A stretch of 25,176 nucleotides of DNA from an uncultured delta proteobacterium. Lineage in GTDB: Bacteria; Desulfobacterota; Syntrophobacteria; Syntrophobacterales; Syntrophobacteraceae. Below, in pieces: positions 1 to 9,787 of the stretch (position 1 is the first letter of the stretch; each line of letters begins with the position of its first letter). A program made the position numbers and the translations under genes. The stretch spans positions 1 to 25,176 of the forward strand of contig CAWEHK010000032.1 in the NCBI GenBank assembly GCA_963808625.1, written 5' to 3'. Under the pieces are notes generated by a model. The model was not told where the DNA came from. It did no database searches and worked only from the letters and a program-made list of their open reading frames with translations.

Positions 1-566
1 ACGGGCGGCGTGTTTTAAGTGACTCAACACCGGTCTGAACGGACTCTGATGGCCACGGAAGTGAAGACCGCCGGTTGGGAAAATCTCTCGACGGGCGAGG
101 TGCCAACCTCATTATGGTGAGAGCAACGGCATTTCCTCAAGAGCCTTCCAGGGGTAACAGGCGTGACTCTGCCACCCCCCGGTTCCGGGAAATTATTCAC
201 AAGGATGGCTGCACCCCCATCACTAAATCGCCCTCTTTATGCACCACCGACCCACCTTCCCCGCAGTCAATGAAAATGCTTCGCTCTTCAGGCCAAAGGG
301 ACGGCATCAAAAACAGCAAAGGCACCTGAAAAGCTCCAGCCTCCGCCAGTTTGGTAAAATCGCCCCAAGCCCTAGAACTGGCGAACCTATGTCCGGCATT
401 TCGCGGAGCCATACTCTCTCTCACTGTCTCGGGCCTCAGCGCGGCAGGTTGGGTCGGGCCAAAGCTTTCCCGGGGTTCTGGATGCGGATGCTTATGCTGC
501 GGTCGAGTTCAAGGCAATCAAATCGGCCATTTTCGTAAACTCACAGAGGTTGGGAGAACTTCGGAG

Positions 567-2204
567 ATGAATATAGGACCGTATCTCTTATGACGAGTAT
601 TTGAACGCAGTTAAATCTTTTCACGGTTATGCGGCGCCCGGGTTAATGATGGGCGGCTTTATGGTCGATCTGGCTCTGCAACACATGCCCGAGGGGGTGC
701 TGTTTGACGCCGTGTGTGAGACGAGGAGCTGCCTGCCCGATGCCGTCCAACTCCTGACGCCTTGCACCGTGGGGAACGGGTGGCTGAGGATCCTCAACCT
801 TGGCCGTTACGCTCTGAGCTTTTTTGACAAATACCAAGGGAGACGGCATCCGGGTTTTCGTGGACTCGCAGAAATTAGGGGCCTGGCCGGAGGTGGAAGC
901 GTGGATGCTGAAACTGAAACCCAAGCACGCACAGGACCAGGAACTTCTTCTGGATCAGATCCGGGAAGCGGGCAGAGCAATTTACGGAGTCCAGCCCATC
1001 CATATCCAGCCCCAATACCTGAAGAGCCGGCATAAGGGGCATATCGGCATCTGTACGCTGTGCGGGGAACCCTATCCGGCTGACGATGGCGCCATCTGCC
1101 GGGGATGCCAGGGAGAGGCGCCCTATGTGACCGCGGGGCATCAGCAGTTCCCGAGTATGTTTGAAGGCCCTTCGCTCCAAGCTCTGCCCCTGGAAGATGC
1201 GGTGGGCAGAACAGCCTTGCACGACATGACCATGATCGTCCCCGGGAAAAGCAAGGGAGCCGCATTCGTTCGCGGCCAGCAGTTCACCGTCGGTGATCTC
1301 TGCCGCCTGCAGCACATGGGGCGGCAAAGGGTCTACGTGGAAGAGGGCTTTGAAGCGGACGCCGAGTGGATTCATGAAAATCAGGCGGCTCTTGCCTTTG
1401 CCGGAGCCATGGCTGGAGAAGGGGTGCGTTTCCTGGAACCGCCCAGAGAAGGCAAAATCAACTTTGTTGCAGACCGGAACGGCCTCTTCGTCGTTGACGA
1501 GGAGTGCCTGGAGGAGTTCAACATGATCCCCGGCGTCATGTGCGCCTCGCGCAGGAGCTATACGCCGGTGAACGGCGGCCGTAATCTGGCCGGGACCAGG
1601 GCGATTCCTCTGTTCTTGCCGCGAGCCTCTTTCTTGAAGGCCATGGCCGTCCTCAACCGGCCGGCCGCTGTTGCGCGTTCTTCCCATGCGCAAGGCTCGA
1701 GTCGGCATTCTCGTCACCGGCAGTGAGATCTTTCAAGGATTGATCGAAGACAAGTTTGTTCCGATCATCGGCGCCAAAGTTGAAGCTTTCGGCTGTCGGG
1801 TGATCAAGGCCATTATCGTCCCCGATGATCGCAAGGCCATCCGTGAGGGAGTGCAGGAACTCATCCGTTGCGGCACGGATCTGCTGGTAACCACCGCGGG
1901 ACTTTCCGTGGACCCGGATGACGTCACCCGCCAGGGATTGATGGATGCCGGGGCCTCCGAAATGCTTTATGGCGCGCCGGTACTGCCCGGAGCCATGACC
2001 CTGTTGGCCCGCATTGGCACGGTTCAGGTGCTGGGGGTCCCGGCTTGTGCGCTGTATTTCAAGACCACCAGCTTCGATCTGCTGTTCCCCAGGCTGCTGG
2101 CGGGCCTGGAAATAACCCGCCGGGATCTGGCCAAATTGGGACACGGCTCTTTCTGCCTGGAATGCAAAGCCTGCACTTTCCCCAAGTGTCCTTTTGGCGG
2201 CTGA
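567..2204 (+). CDS. FmdE-domain / zinc-finger / MoeA-like molybdopterin-binding fusion protein (frameshifted in this sequence)
   Basis: Joining frames from ATG 567 gives MNIGPY..YDEYLNAVKSFHGYAAPG, CETRSCLPDAVQLLTPCTVGNG (FmdE), CTLCGE..CRGC (zinc finger), a MoCF-biosynthesis-like domain (VTGSEI, TAGLSVDPDDVT, YGAPVLPGAM) and C-terminal CLECKACTFPKC. Frame changes at ~585, ~830 and ~1660. Confidence 0.85.
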
Positions 2205-2308
2205 GGAAAAAATCAAGAAAGCAGATGCTCATGACTTTGACCGATAACGACCATCTTCATCCTGAAATTGCAGATCGCTCCAATGGCGACCGCACGGGTG
2301 AGGCAGAG

Positions 2309-2755
2309 ATGGAACAACAAGAACCGACCATCCGGCTTCATCTTTGGCTGGAAACCGGTGAAGGAGTGTTTTTCGGCGCCGGCAGGGCGCTGCTGCTGGC
2401 AAAAATCGAAGAACACGGTTCGCTGAAGAAAGCCGCAGAGGATCTCGGGATGTCTTATCGTGCCGCCTGGGGCAAGATAAGAGCAACGGAGGAAGTCCTC
2501 GGGGTCAAGTTGATCGCTCAAAATGGCTGCAAGAAGGGAGGGCATCGACTGACCGAACATGGCCTGTTGCTCAAGGAAAAATATCTCTTCTGGTTTCATG
2601 AAGTTGAGATGTGGGCCCTGAGAAAGGCCAGGGAGGTCTTTCCCTGGCCGGTCAAGAGCTTCGAAGAGAAACCAGCGTCCAAAATACTCCAATTCCTCAT
2701 CGCCCTATCGGTGTCGCTCAGCCCGCTGGAAGCCCTGATTGAGGTCGGGGTTTGA
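2309..2755 (+). CDS. Short ModE-family winged-helix transcriptional regulator (no molybdate-binding TOBE domains)
   Basis: IRLHLWLE..FFGAGRALLLAKIEEHGSLKKAAEDLGMSYRAAWGKI..GGHRLT is the ModE N-terminal HTH signature. ATG 2309 follows GTGAGG; ATG 2231 is an alternative start. Confidence 0.85.
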   Translation: MEQQEPTIRLHLWLETGEGVFFGAGRALLLAKIEEHGSLKKAAEDLGMSYRAAWGKIRATEEVLGVKLIAQNGCKKGGHRLTEHGLLLKEKYLFWFHEVEMWALRKAREVFPWPVKSFEEKPASKILQFLIALSVSLSPLEALIEVGV

Positions 2756-2771
2756 AACGGAGTCCCTAGCC

Positions 2772-3575
2772 ATGCAGATCCTCAAGCACAAGACATCAAG
2801 ATTCATAGACAACGGCCTCTTCGCTGCCGAGTACAATCTGGCGGTGGAAGAGTTGCTCGAAATCTATATAGACGATTCGCCTTATGCCATCACCATGCGT
2901 CTGCCCGGTGACGACATCAACCTCGTGGCCGGGTTTTGTTTCACCGAGGGAATCATTGCATCCCGCGATGACCTCCTATCGATCAAACACTGCGAGGCCA
3001 TCGCCAATAAGAGCAGAGTGCTCGTTCAGTTGAACCACCATCGCCCCGGCAGCTCAAATCGTCATCAAGAACGGGCGGAGTATGTCAGCAAATCGAGCTG
3101 CGGGGTCTGCGGGAAAAGTAAAGCGGAGGAAATATTCACCGAGCTCCAGCCGGTGGAAACATTTCACCGCGTTCACCTGGGCGGGATATTGACGCTGAAG
3201 GACTGCTTTGAAGCCAAACAAACCATCTTCCCTTTGACCGGGTCGACACATTCCGCATGCCTTTTCGACTTCGAACAAAACCTGCTTGCTTCCGCCGAAG
3301 ACATTGGTCGGCACAATGCCTTCGACAAGGTGATCGGGGCGCTCGTTCTCTGCGGCAGAACGCAGGATGCTTTTCTGGCAATCGTCTCATCGCGGCTGAG
3401 TTTTGAAATGGTGCAAAAAGCGGGCGCGGTTGGCATCGAGATTCTTTCGGGCCTGTCTGCGCCGACCAGCATGGCGGTGAGCATGGCCGACCGGCTAAAC
3501 ATCACCCTGATCGGCTTCCTGCGCGAGAATAGCATGAGCATTTATACTCACCCTGAGAGAATTCTCAGCTCCTGA
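2772..3575 (+). CDS. fdhD: Formate dehydrogenase accessory sulfurtransferase FdhD
   Basis: Motifs AVEE, TMRLPG, GFCFTEG, SSCGVCG, TGSTH, EDIGRHNAFDK, SSRLSFEMVQK, SAPTS and TLIGFLR. ATG 2772 chosen over TTG 2739. Confidence 0.93.
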   Translation: MQILKHKTSRFIDNGLFAAEYNLAVEELLEIYIDDSPYAITMRLPGDDINLVAGFCFTEGIIASRDDLLSIKHCEAIANKSRVLVQLNHHRPGSSNRHQERAEYVSKSSCGVCGKSKAEEIFTELQPVETFHRVHLGGILTLKDCFEAKQTIFPLTGSTHSACLFDFEQNLLASAEDIGRHNAFDKVIGALVLCGRTQDAFLAIVSSRLSFEMVQKAGAVGIEILSGLSAPTSMAVSMADRLNITLIGFLRENSMSIYTHPERILSS

Positions 3576-3602
3576 GGGAAAAGACGGAGAGAGGAGGGAG
3601 AA

Positions 3603-3778
3603 GGGGAGACACGGAGAGAGGGGAAGAAGCGCCTGTTGCGCCTGCGTAATCACGGGGTCAAGATCAGGCAAGCTTCTCAGCGTGTCAGCGAAAATCATCG
3701 CCGTGTAACTCGCCGAAGTTCTTCCAACCGCATTGTGCGCTTCGCATCTCCGCATCTCCAGCACCTCCGCGCCTCCCC
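3603..3778. repeat. Imperfect inverted repeat (purine-rich and pyrimidine-rich arms) with short GCATCTCC-like tandem units
   Basis: GGGGAGACACGGAGA (3603-3617) and CCTCCGCGCCTCCCC (3764-3778) pair at 15/15 positions on the minus strand when 3 G-U pairs are allowed. Tandem cgcatctc-like units lie at ~3743-3778. Confidence 0.45.
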
Positions 3779-3803
3779 AGTTTTATGTGTTTAATTTAAT
3801 ACA

Positions 3804-3831
3804 TTGAAATCATTATTAAAAAAGATAGGAT
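3804..3831 (+). promoter_or_regulatory. Possible sigma-70 promoter for fdhAB
   Basis: TTGAAA-N16-TAGGAT in an AT-rich patch (3781-3836), ~100 nt upstream of the AAGGAG RBS and ATG 3936. Confidence 0.35.
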
Positions 3832-3935
3832 ATAGTCAGAGTGTGCAAGTATTGGATTTCGGACAGTCTGGGATTTTTCGCCTGTCATGGGGAAGCGCGA
3901 TTTCTTAGGGGTTAAGTTGAGAGAAGGAGAATGAC

Positions 3936-6900
3936 ATGGGAGTTACTCGGCGTGAATTCCTCTTCATTTCCGGCGCCATGGGGGCCGGCGTGGCGCTGTC
4001 GTCGCTCGGGGTCGACATGCGCCCGGTCCTGGCCTATGCGGAGGAACTCAGTAAAATCGACAGGGTGAAGAGTGCTAAGCAGACCTACTCGCTTTGCTAT
4101 TACTGCTCAGTGACCTGCGGGTTGATCTGCAGCACCGATCCAAAAACAGGCAAGATCATCAACATCGAAGGTGATCCGGACCATCCTATCAGCGAAGGAT
4201 CACTGTGCGCCAAGGGTGCGGGCATCTACCAGATGTCGGCCCGCAACGAACATCGCTTGACCAAGGTTCTCTATCGCAAGCCCGGCGGCGACAAGTGGGA
4301 ACCCAAGACGATGGATTGGGCCCTGACCCAGATCGCCAAGAAGATCAAGGCAGAGCGAGACAAAGGATTTATCGTCAAAAACGGCAAAGGGCAGGTAGTC
4401 AACCGTGTGGATAGCCTCGCTCACATGGGCAGCTCCAAGCTCGACAATGAGGAGTGCTGGCTCATCACCACTGCCATGAGGACCCTGGGTCTTGTGCAAA
4501 TGGACCATCAGGCCAGGGTCTGACACGGTCCCAGCTGTAGCGGCTCTGGCAGAGTCGTTCGGCCGTGGTTCCATGACCAATCATTACAACGACATCAAGA
4601 ATGCCGACATCATCCTGATCATGGGCAGCAATGCTGCGGAGATGCACCCGATCTCCTTCAAATGGGTGATGCGGGCCAGGGAGGAAAGAGGCGCGAAAGT
4701 CATCCATGTCGATCCGCGATTTACGAGGACTTCGGCCCTGGCGGATTTTCACACGTCCCTGCGTTCCGGCACCGACATTGCCTTCCTTGGCGGGATGATC
4801 AACTACATCCTCGAAAACAATAAGTATTTTGAAGACTATGTGATGGACTACACCAACGCTTCATTCCTCATCAATGATAAGTTCGGCTTCAACGACGGCC
4901 TCTTTTCGGGCTACGATGCCGCCAGCCAGAAAATACGACAAGTCATCATGGGCAATAAAACTCGATGACAAGGGGATCCCTCAAAAAGACCCGACCTTAC
5001 AGAATCCGCGTTGCGTCTTGCAACTGCTGAAGGCCCATTATTCCCGATACGATCTCGAAAAGGTGTCGGCAATCACCGGTACGCCCGTGGATGACCTCAA
5101 GGCGGTTTATGAGATGTATTGCTCAACGGGGGTGAAGGACAAGGCCGGAACCATCCTTTATGCCCTGGGCTGGACCCAGCACACGGTGGGCGTGCAGAAT
5201 ATCAGGACTATGGCCATGATTCAGCTCCTGCTGGGCAACATCGGCATCGCCGGCGGGGGCGTGAACGCCCTGCGCGGGGAACCGAACGTCCAGGGATCGA
5301 CGGACCAGGCCATACTCTCGCATATCCTTCCCGGTTATCTCGAAGGCGCCTGCGGCATCCATGACCACCCTGGACGAATACCTGAAGAAGAACACCCCGA
5401 AAACCAAGGAACCGCAGTCGGCCAACTGGTACCAGAACACCCCAAGTACATGGTGAGCCTTCTCAAGACGTGGTATGGCGACAAGGCCACGAAGGAGAAT
5501 GATTTTGGCTATTCCTGGGTGCCCAAGCTCGATGACGGACAGGATGCACACTGCTGAACATGATCGACAACATGTATGACAGGCAAGATCAAGGGATTCA
5601 TCTGCATCGGCCAAAACCCGGCCTGCAGCCTTCCCAATTCCAACAAGGTGCGCCAGGCCCTCGCCAATCTGGATTGGATGGTGCATGTCAACATTTTCGA
5701 TAACGAGACGCCTTCCTTCTGGAAGGGGCCGGGGATGGACCCCAAGAAGATCAAGACCGAGGTCTTCCTGCTTCCGGCCGCTGCTTCCATGGAAAAAGCG
5801 GGCAGCATGACCAACAGCGGCCGCTGGCTCCAGTGGAAGTACGTGGCGGAGAATCCTCCGGGGGATGCCCTTGCGGTGGGCGACATCATTTACCGACTGA
5901 TGCGAAGATTAAGGAGCTCTACAAAAAGGAGAAGGGCGCGTTCCCCGATCCCATCCTCAACCTGGACTGGAACTATACCGATCAGAAAGGCATGTATGAT
6001 CCGCTAGCAGTCGCCAAGGCTATCAACGGATATTTTCTCGAAGACATCACCATCGGCGACAAGACCTACAAGAAGGGGGATTGCGTTCCTGGCTTTGCCA
6101 ACCTCCAGGCTGACGGAAAGACTTCGTGCGGCAACTGGATTCATTCGGGAAGCTTCACCCAAGACGGGACCAACCTCATGGAGCGCAGGAAGAAGGATGA
6201 CCCCACAGGTCTTGGCCTCTTTCCCGAATGGGGCTGGGCCTGGCCGGTAAACAGGCGGATTATCTACAACCGTGCTTCGGTTGACAAGAACGGACAGCCG
6301 TACGATCCCAGCCGGCCGATCCTGAAATGGACGGACGGCAAATGGGTGGGTGACGTTCCGGACGGTCCCTGGCCGCCGATGAGCGATCAAGAAAAGGGGA
6401 AATTGCCGTTCATCATGAAGCCCGACGGCGTCAGCTCCCTCTTCGGCCCGGGTCTGGCGGAGGGACCATTCCCTGAACATTACGAACCTCTTGAGGGCCC
6501 GCTGGCGAAAAACCTCATGTCTGCTCAATTGAGCAGTCCGGTGATCAAGATCTTTTCCAGCCATGCGATCACTTCTCCGGATGCGATCCCAAGTATCCCT
6601 TTGTCTGCACCACCTATTCCTGCACCGAACACTGGTGTACCGGCAGCGGGACCCGGTGGGCATCATGGCTCACCGAGGCCCAGCCCCAGGTCTATGTTGA
6701 AATCAGCAAAGAACTGGCTGAGCTCCGAGGCATCAAGAACGGGGAAGCAGTCAAGGTGGAGTCTCCACGCGGCAAGCTTGGATGCGTGGCCATGGTCACC
6801 ACCCGGTTTCGTCCTTTCACAATCGGGGGCCAGACCGTCCACCAGGTAGGACTGACCTACAACTACGGCTGGCTCTTCCCCACCGATTGCGGCGATAGTG

Positions 6901-6986
6901 CCAACCTGTTGACCCCTACCGTTGGCGACGCCAATACCATGACCCCGGAATACAAAGCCTTCATGGTCAACGTGACCAAGGTGTAG
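3936..6986 (+). CDS. fdhA: Selenocysteine-containing periplasmic formate dehydrogenase alpha subunit (FdnG/FdhA type, Mo/W-bis-PGD); frameshifted in this sequence
   Basis: Tat signal MGVTRREFL, [4Fe-4S] motif CYYCSVTC..LCAKG, active site HQARV-UGA(4521)-HGP, GRGSMTNH, LRGEPNVQGSTD, WPVNRRIIYNRAS and terminal TPEYKAFMVNV. About eight frame changes (~4534, 4925, 5342, 5440, two in 5550-5580, 5900, 6565). Confidence 0.93.
4521..4560 (+). promoter_or_regulatory. Sec UGA codon and bacterial SECIS-like hairpin
   Basis: TGA 4521-4523 sits at the catalytic Sec/Cys position and is followed by CAC (His). Stem-loop CTGTAG-CGGCT-CT(G)GCAG at 4535-4552 lies at the expected short distance downstream. Confidence 0.8.
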
Positions 6987-6998
6987 GAGGAGTGAGAC

Positions 6999-7652
6999 AT
7001 GTCTAAAGGAAAATCAATACTCGTTGATACCTCCAAATGCACGGCCTGCCGAGGCTGCCAGGTTGCCTGCAAACAATGGAACGGGTTGCCCGGGACCAAG
7101 ACCAAGCAGGTCGGAACTTATCAAAACCCCCAGGACGTCTCGGCCCAGACCTGGAAGCTCGTCCGCTTCTCCGAAGGGATCAGAGACAACGGCAAGCCGT
7201 ACTGGTACTTTTTCTCCGAACAGTGCCGCCACTGCCTTGAACCTCCCTGCATGGACGCCATCGGAGGGTACGTAAAGGACGGGGCGACACAGAATGAGGC
7301 GACGGGAGCGGTCATCTTTAACGACAAGTCCAAGGAAGCGCCCCTCGATGAAGTGCGCAACGCGTGCCCCTACAACATCCCGCGCCAGGATGAGAAAACC
7401 AAGGTGTTCTTCAAGTGCACCATGTGTTTGGACAGGATCACAAACAACGGGTCCCGGCTTGCGTCCTGAGTTGCCCGACAGGGGCGATGGTGTTTGGAGA
7501 CCGGGATGCCATCTTGGAAAAGGCGCAAAAGCGCGTTGAAGAGTTGAAGAATACTTATCCGAAAGCCATGGCGCTCAACCCGGATGAAGTGAGAGTAATC
7601 TACATCGTGACCGATGATCCCAAGAAAGTATTATGAATTCGCTGCTGCGTGA
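6999..7652 (+). CDS. fdhB: Formate dehydrogenase beta (Fe-S) subunit, soluble three-cluster type
   Basis: AGGAGG RBS. Motifs CTACRGCQVACKQWN, YQNPQD, CRHCLEPPC, ACPYNIP and KCTMCLDR..PACVLSCPTGA. Frame changes at ~7450 and ~7627; the repaired C-terminus PKKYYEFAAA ends at TGA 7650-7652. Confidence 0.9.
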
Positions 7653-7820
7653 CAGGTGCGGGTGCTCCTTATCATCAATCTGGGGAGACCCCCTGCGGTC
7701 CTGTTGTCAGCAGTCTGGGGACTTGGTGGAAGGTTTTACAACACTGTTGCGCAACCTGGTTCTCTGTTGGTAGCAAGGTTGTCATAGTCGATAATTGTGA
7801 TGCGATTCGGAGCTTTTCAT

Positions 7821-8742
7821 ATGGAACAGAGCGCCCTTGCGAGCGACGCCGCCGACATGATGGCGGCCGCTTTGCACAAAATTGAAACCGAAAACAGGCA
7901 CCTCGAGGGGGTGCTGAAGGCTTTCAGCGGAATCCTCATCGAACAGGCACGCTGGAAGTCGGAGCTGACGGCTGCTGGAATACGAGGAAGCCGGTAATCT
8001 TGAAGCGACACAATTTCACAACGGTTTTCCTCTAAGCGAAAGAGAACGGTTTATCCGGCTTGGTGCGCTATGGCAGACAGCAGCTTGCCGGCTGATACCC
8101 CCCTTGGCGGCGGGTTTCCCCAAAGTCCAGGGAGACCTTGAGCGACTGCAGGCTGCGATCATGGCCGGGCGTTTTGCCCCGGATTTGTTCCTGAGCGCCG
8201 TGCTCGGAGGCAGGGGAACAGAGGCGCGGGAAATTGCCGCCCAAATCGGCCTCGAAGTGGAACTCCTGGCATTTGTCCTGACACAGATTGGAAAGCCGGT
8301 GGTGGAAAAGCGTGCGGAGGCTCTGCAGCCCTCGATAAAAGGCCTTTCCTGGAACAAAGGGTATTGCCCCATTTGTGGTTCCTTTCCCGAATTGAGCCTG
8401 ATTAAAGAGAAGGAAGGCCAGCGCTGGCTGCGGTGTGGTTTTTGCGCAAGCACGTGGCGATTTCACCGGAGCTCCTGCCCCTTTTGCGATGCTCAGGAAT
8501 CAGGTGGCCTTGAAGTCATCTTTGTGGAGGGACGCGAGTACGAGCGGGTCGAAGTCTGTCACCAATGCAGGAAATACATACCCGGCATCGATGTCAGAAA
8601 TCTGGCCGACGAAGTCGTTCTCGAAGCTGCCGGTTTTGCCCTCATGCCCCTTGAAGCCATTGCCCAGGGAAAAGGGTTCTTCCCCATGGTCGGGAGCAAA
8701 TGGAATCTTCTCTCAGGCAACAGGAATGGCCATCAACAGTGA
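7821..8742 (+). CDS. fdhE: Formate dehydrogenase accessory protein FdhE (one frameshift at ~7970-7995)
   Basis: WNKGYCPICGSFP, RWLRCGFCASTWRFHRSSCPFC and CHQCRKY give the four CxxC pairs typical of FdhE. Confidence 0.88.
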
Positions 8743-8824
8743 ACATGCTATCCAGCAACCACACACTTTGAAAAGCAAACAAATGGATGATGCAAGGGCA
8801 GACCATATGACAGAATTCTTAAAA

Positions 8825-8854
8825 ATGTAATATGTCACACTTGACATATTACAT
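8825..8854. promoter_or_regulatory. Perfect palindrome, candidate operator (ATGTAATATGTCA-CACT-TGACATATTACAT)
   Basis: Perfect 13-bp arms with a 4-bp spacer. The core matches the palindromes at 24946 and 25088 and contains TTGACA (8841-8846). Confidence 0.65.
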
Positions 8855-8903
8855 GAGATGTGAAATAAGAAGACCGTCAGCTTCATGCAGTGTTTGTTTA
8901 AGG

Positions 8904-8936
8904 GAAATCGGGCCTCCGCGCCCGATTTTCTTTTTT
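8904..8936 (+). terminator. Rho-independent terminator
   Basis: Stem AAATCGGGC/GCCCGATTT with a 6-nt loop, followed by TCTTTTTT, between the convergent fdhE and modC. Confidence 0.75.
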
Positions 8937-8982
8937 CAGGGGGTAGCGGGTGGACCGGAGCAAGATGGAGCAGGAACGACGG

Positions 8983-9741
8983 TTATTGCGATCCCGCTAT
9001 TGTTGATGGGATCGGTAATTGTGACATCAGAAACTGATCGACACTCTCCTCCCCACTTCTGCCAAGATGCGGTTTCACCTGACAAACCCGGCCTTCCTCA
9101 TAGATCACGAGCGTTTCCGCAAACACTTTGATATCCTCCGGGTCGTGAGTAATCATTATGACCGGAATGCCGAAGCGCTCCTGGATTTCCAATAACTCCT
9201 TTCGTACTCTTCCGCGCAAGAGTGGATCAAGGGCGGCGAAAGGCTCATCCAAGAGCAGCAGTTCCGGCCGCCCAATGATGGACCGCGCCAGCGCCACACG
9301 CTGCCGCTGGCCGCCTGAGATATCGCGGGGGAAGCTCCGGGCGAGATGGGTTATCTCAAAAACTTCGAGAAACTCGTCAACCCGGCGTCGATCTTTGTTT
9401 GCCAGCCGCCATTGCCACGCTGTTTTGAGTGCAAAAGCCACATTTTCCTCTACGGTAACATGAGGAAACAGGGCGTAATCCTGGAACACATAGCCAATGC
9501 GCCGCTGCCGTGCGGGAATGTTCACGCCGGTTCCGGAATCGTACAGGAGGCGATCCCCTATCACAATGCGTCCGGAATCCGGTTCAGTTAGACCGGCAAT
9601 GGTCTGGAGGCTAAGGGTCTTGCCTGAACCGGACGGGCCGAACAGGACCACGAAATCCTCTTCGGAAGAGAATTTGGCCTTCAAAGAAAAGCTTCTTCCG
9701 TTCGAGCAAAGCTTCTTTTCTATGTCTACCTGAATTTTCAT
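8983..9741 (-). CDS. modC: Molybdate/tungstate ABC transporter ATPase (short, no C-terminal TOBE domain)
   Basis: Walker A GPSGSGKT, Q-loop VFQDYALFPH, signature ISGGQRQR, Walker B LLLDEPF and H-loop ITHD; adjacent to modA and modB. Confidence 0.9.
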   Translation of the reverse strand: MKIQVDIEKKLCSNGRSFSLKAKFSSEEDFVVLFGPSGSGKTLSLQTIAGLTEPDSGRIVIGDRLLYDSGTGVNIPARQRRIGYVFQDYALFPHVTVEENVAFALKTAWQWRLANKDRRRVDEFLEVFEITHLARSFPRDISGGQRQRVALARSIIGRPELLLLDEPFAALDPLLRGRVRKELLEIQERFGIPVIMITHDPEDIKVFAETLVIYEEGRVCQVKPHLGRSGEESVDQFLMSQLPIPSTIAGSQ

Positions 9742-9787
9742 GATCTACTCGACGGCGGGGTCGAAGCCCTCCTTGCCGATGCCAGTG

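Noticed and set aside
1..566. Short ORFs 75-329, 197-424, 239-538 and 351-593, and a possible riboswitch upstream of the FmdE fusion
   Set aside because: No recognisable motifs, mutually overlapping frames, and no Moco-riboswitch-like or operator pattern that I can support. Only the last codons of 351-593 (from ATG 567) appear real.
2229..2251. Half-site-like GATAACGAC upstream of the ModE-like gene
   Set aside because: The left arm and spacing do not fit the motif.
3784..3804. TATGT...ACAT as another copy of the operator upstream of fdhA
   Set aside because: The spacing is 4 bp longer than in the three good copies and the arms match poorly.
3936..4523. Stand-alone 195-aa protein or nonsense-truncated fdhA
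   Set aside because: The TGA is at the Sec position, with a SECIS-like hairpin and continuing homology downstream.
8832..9131. 99-aa plus-strand ORF starting inside the palindrome
   Set aside because: It runs through the terminator and antisense into modC, with no RBS or motifs.
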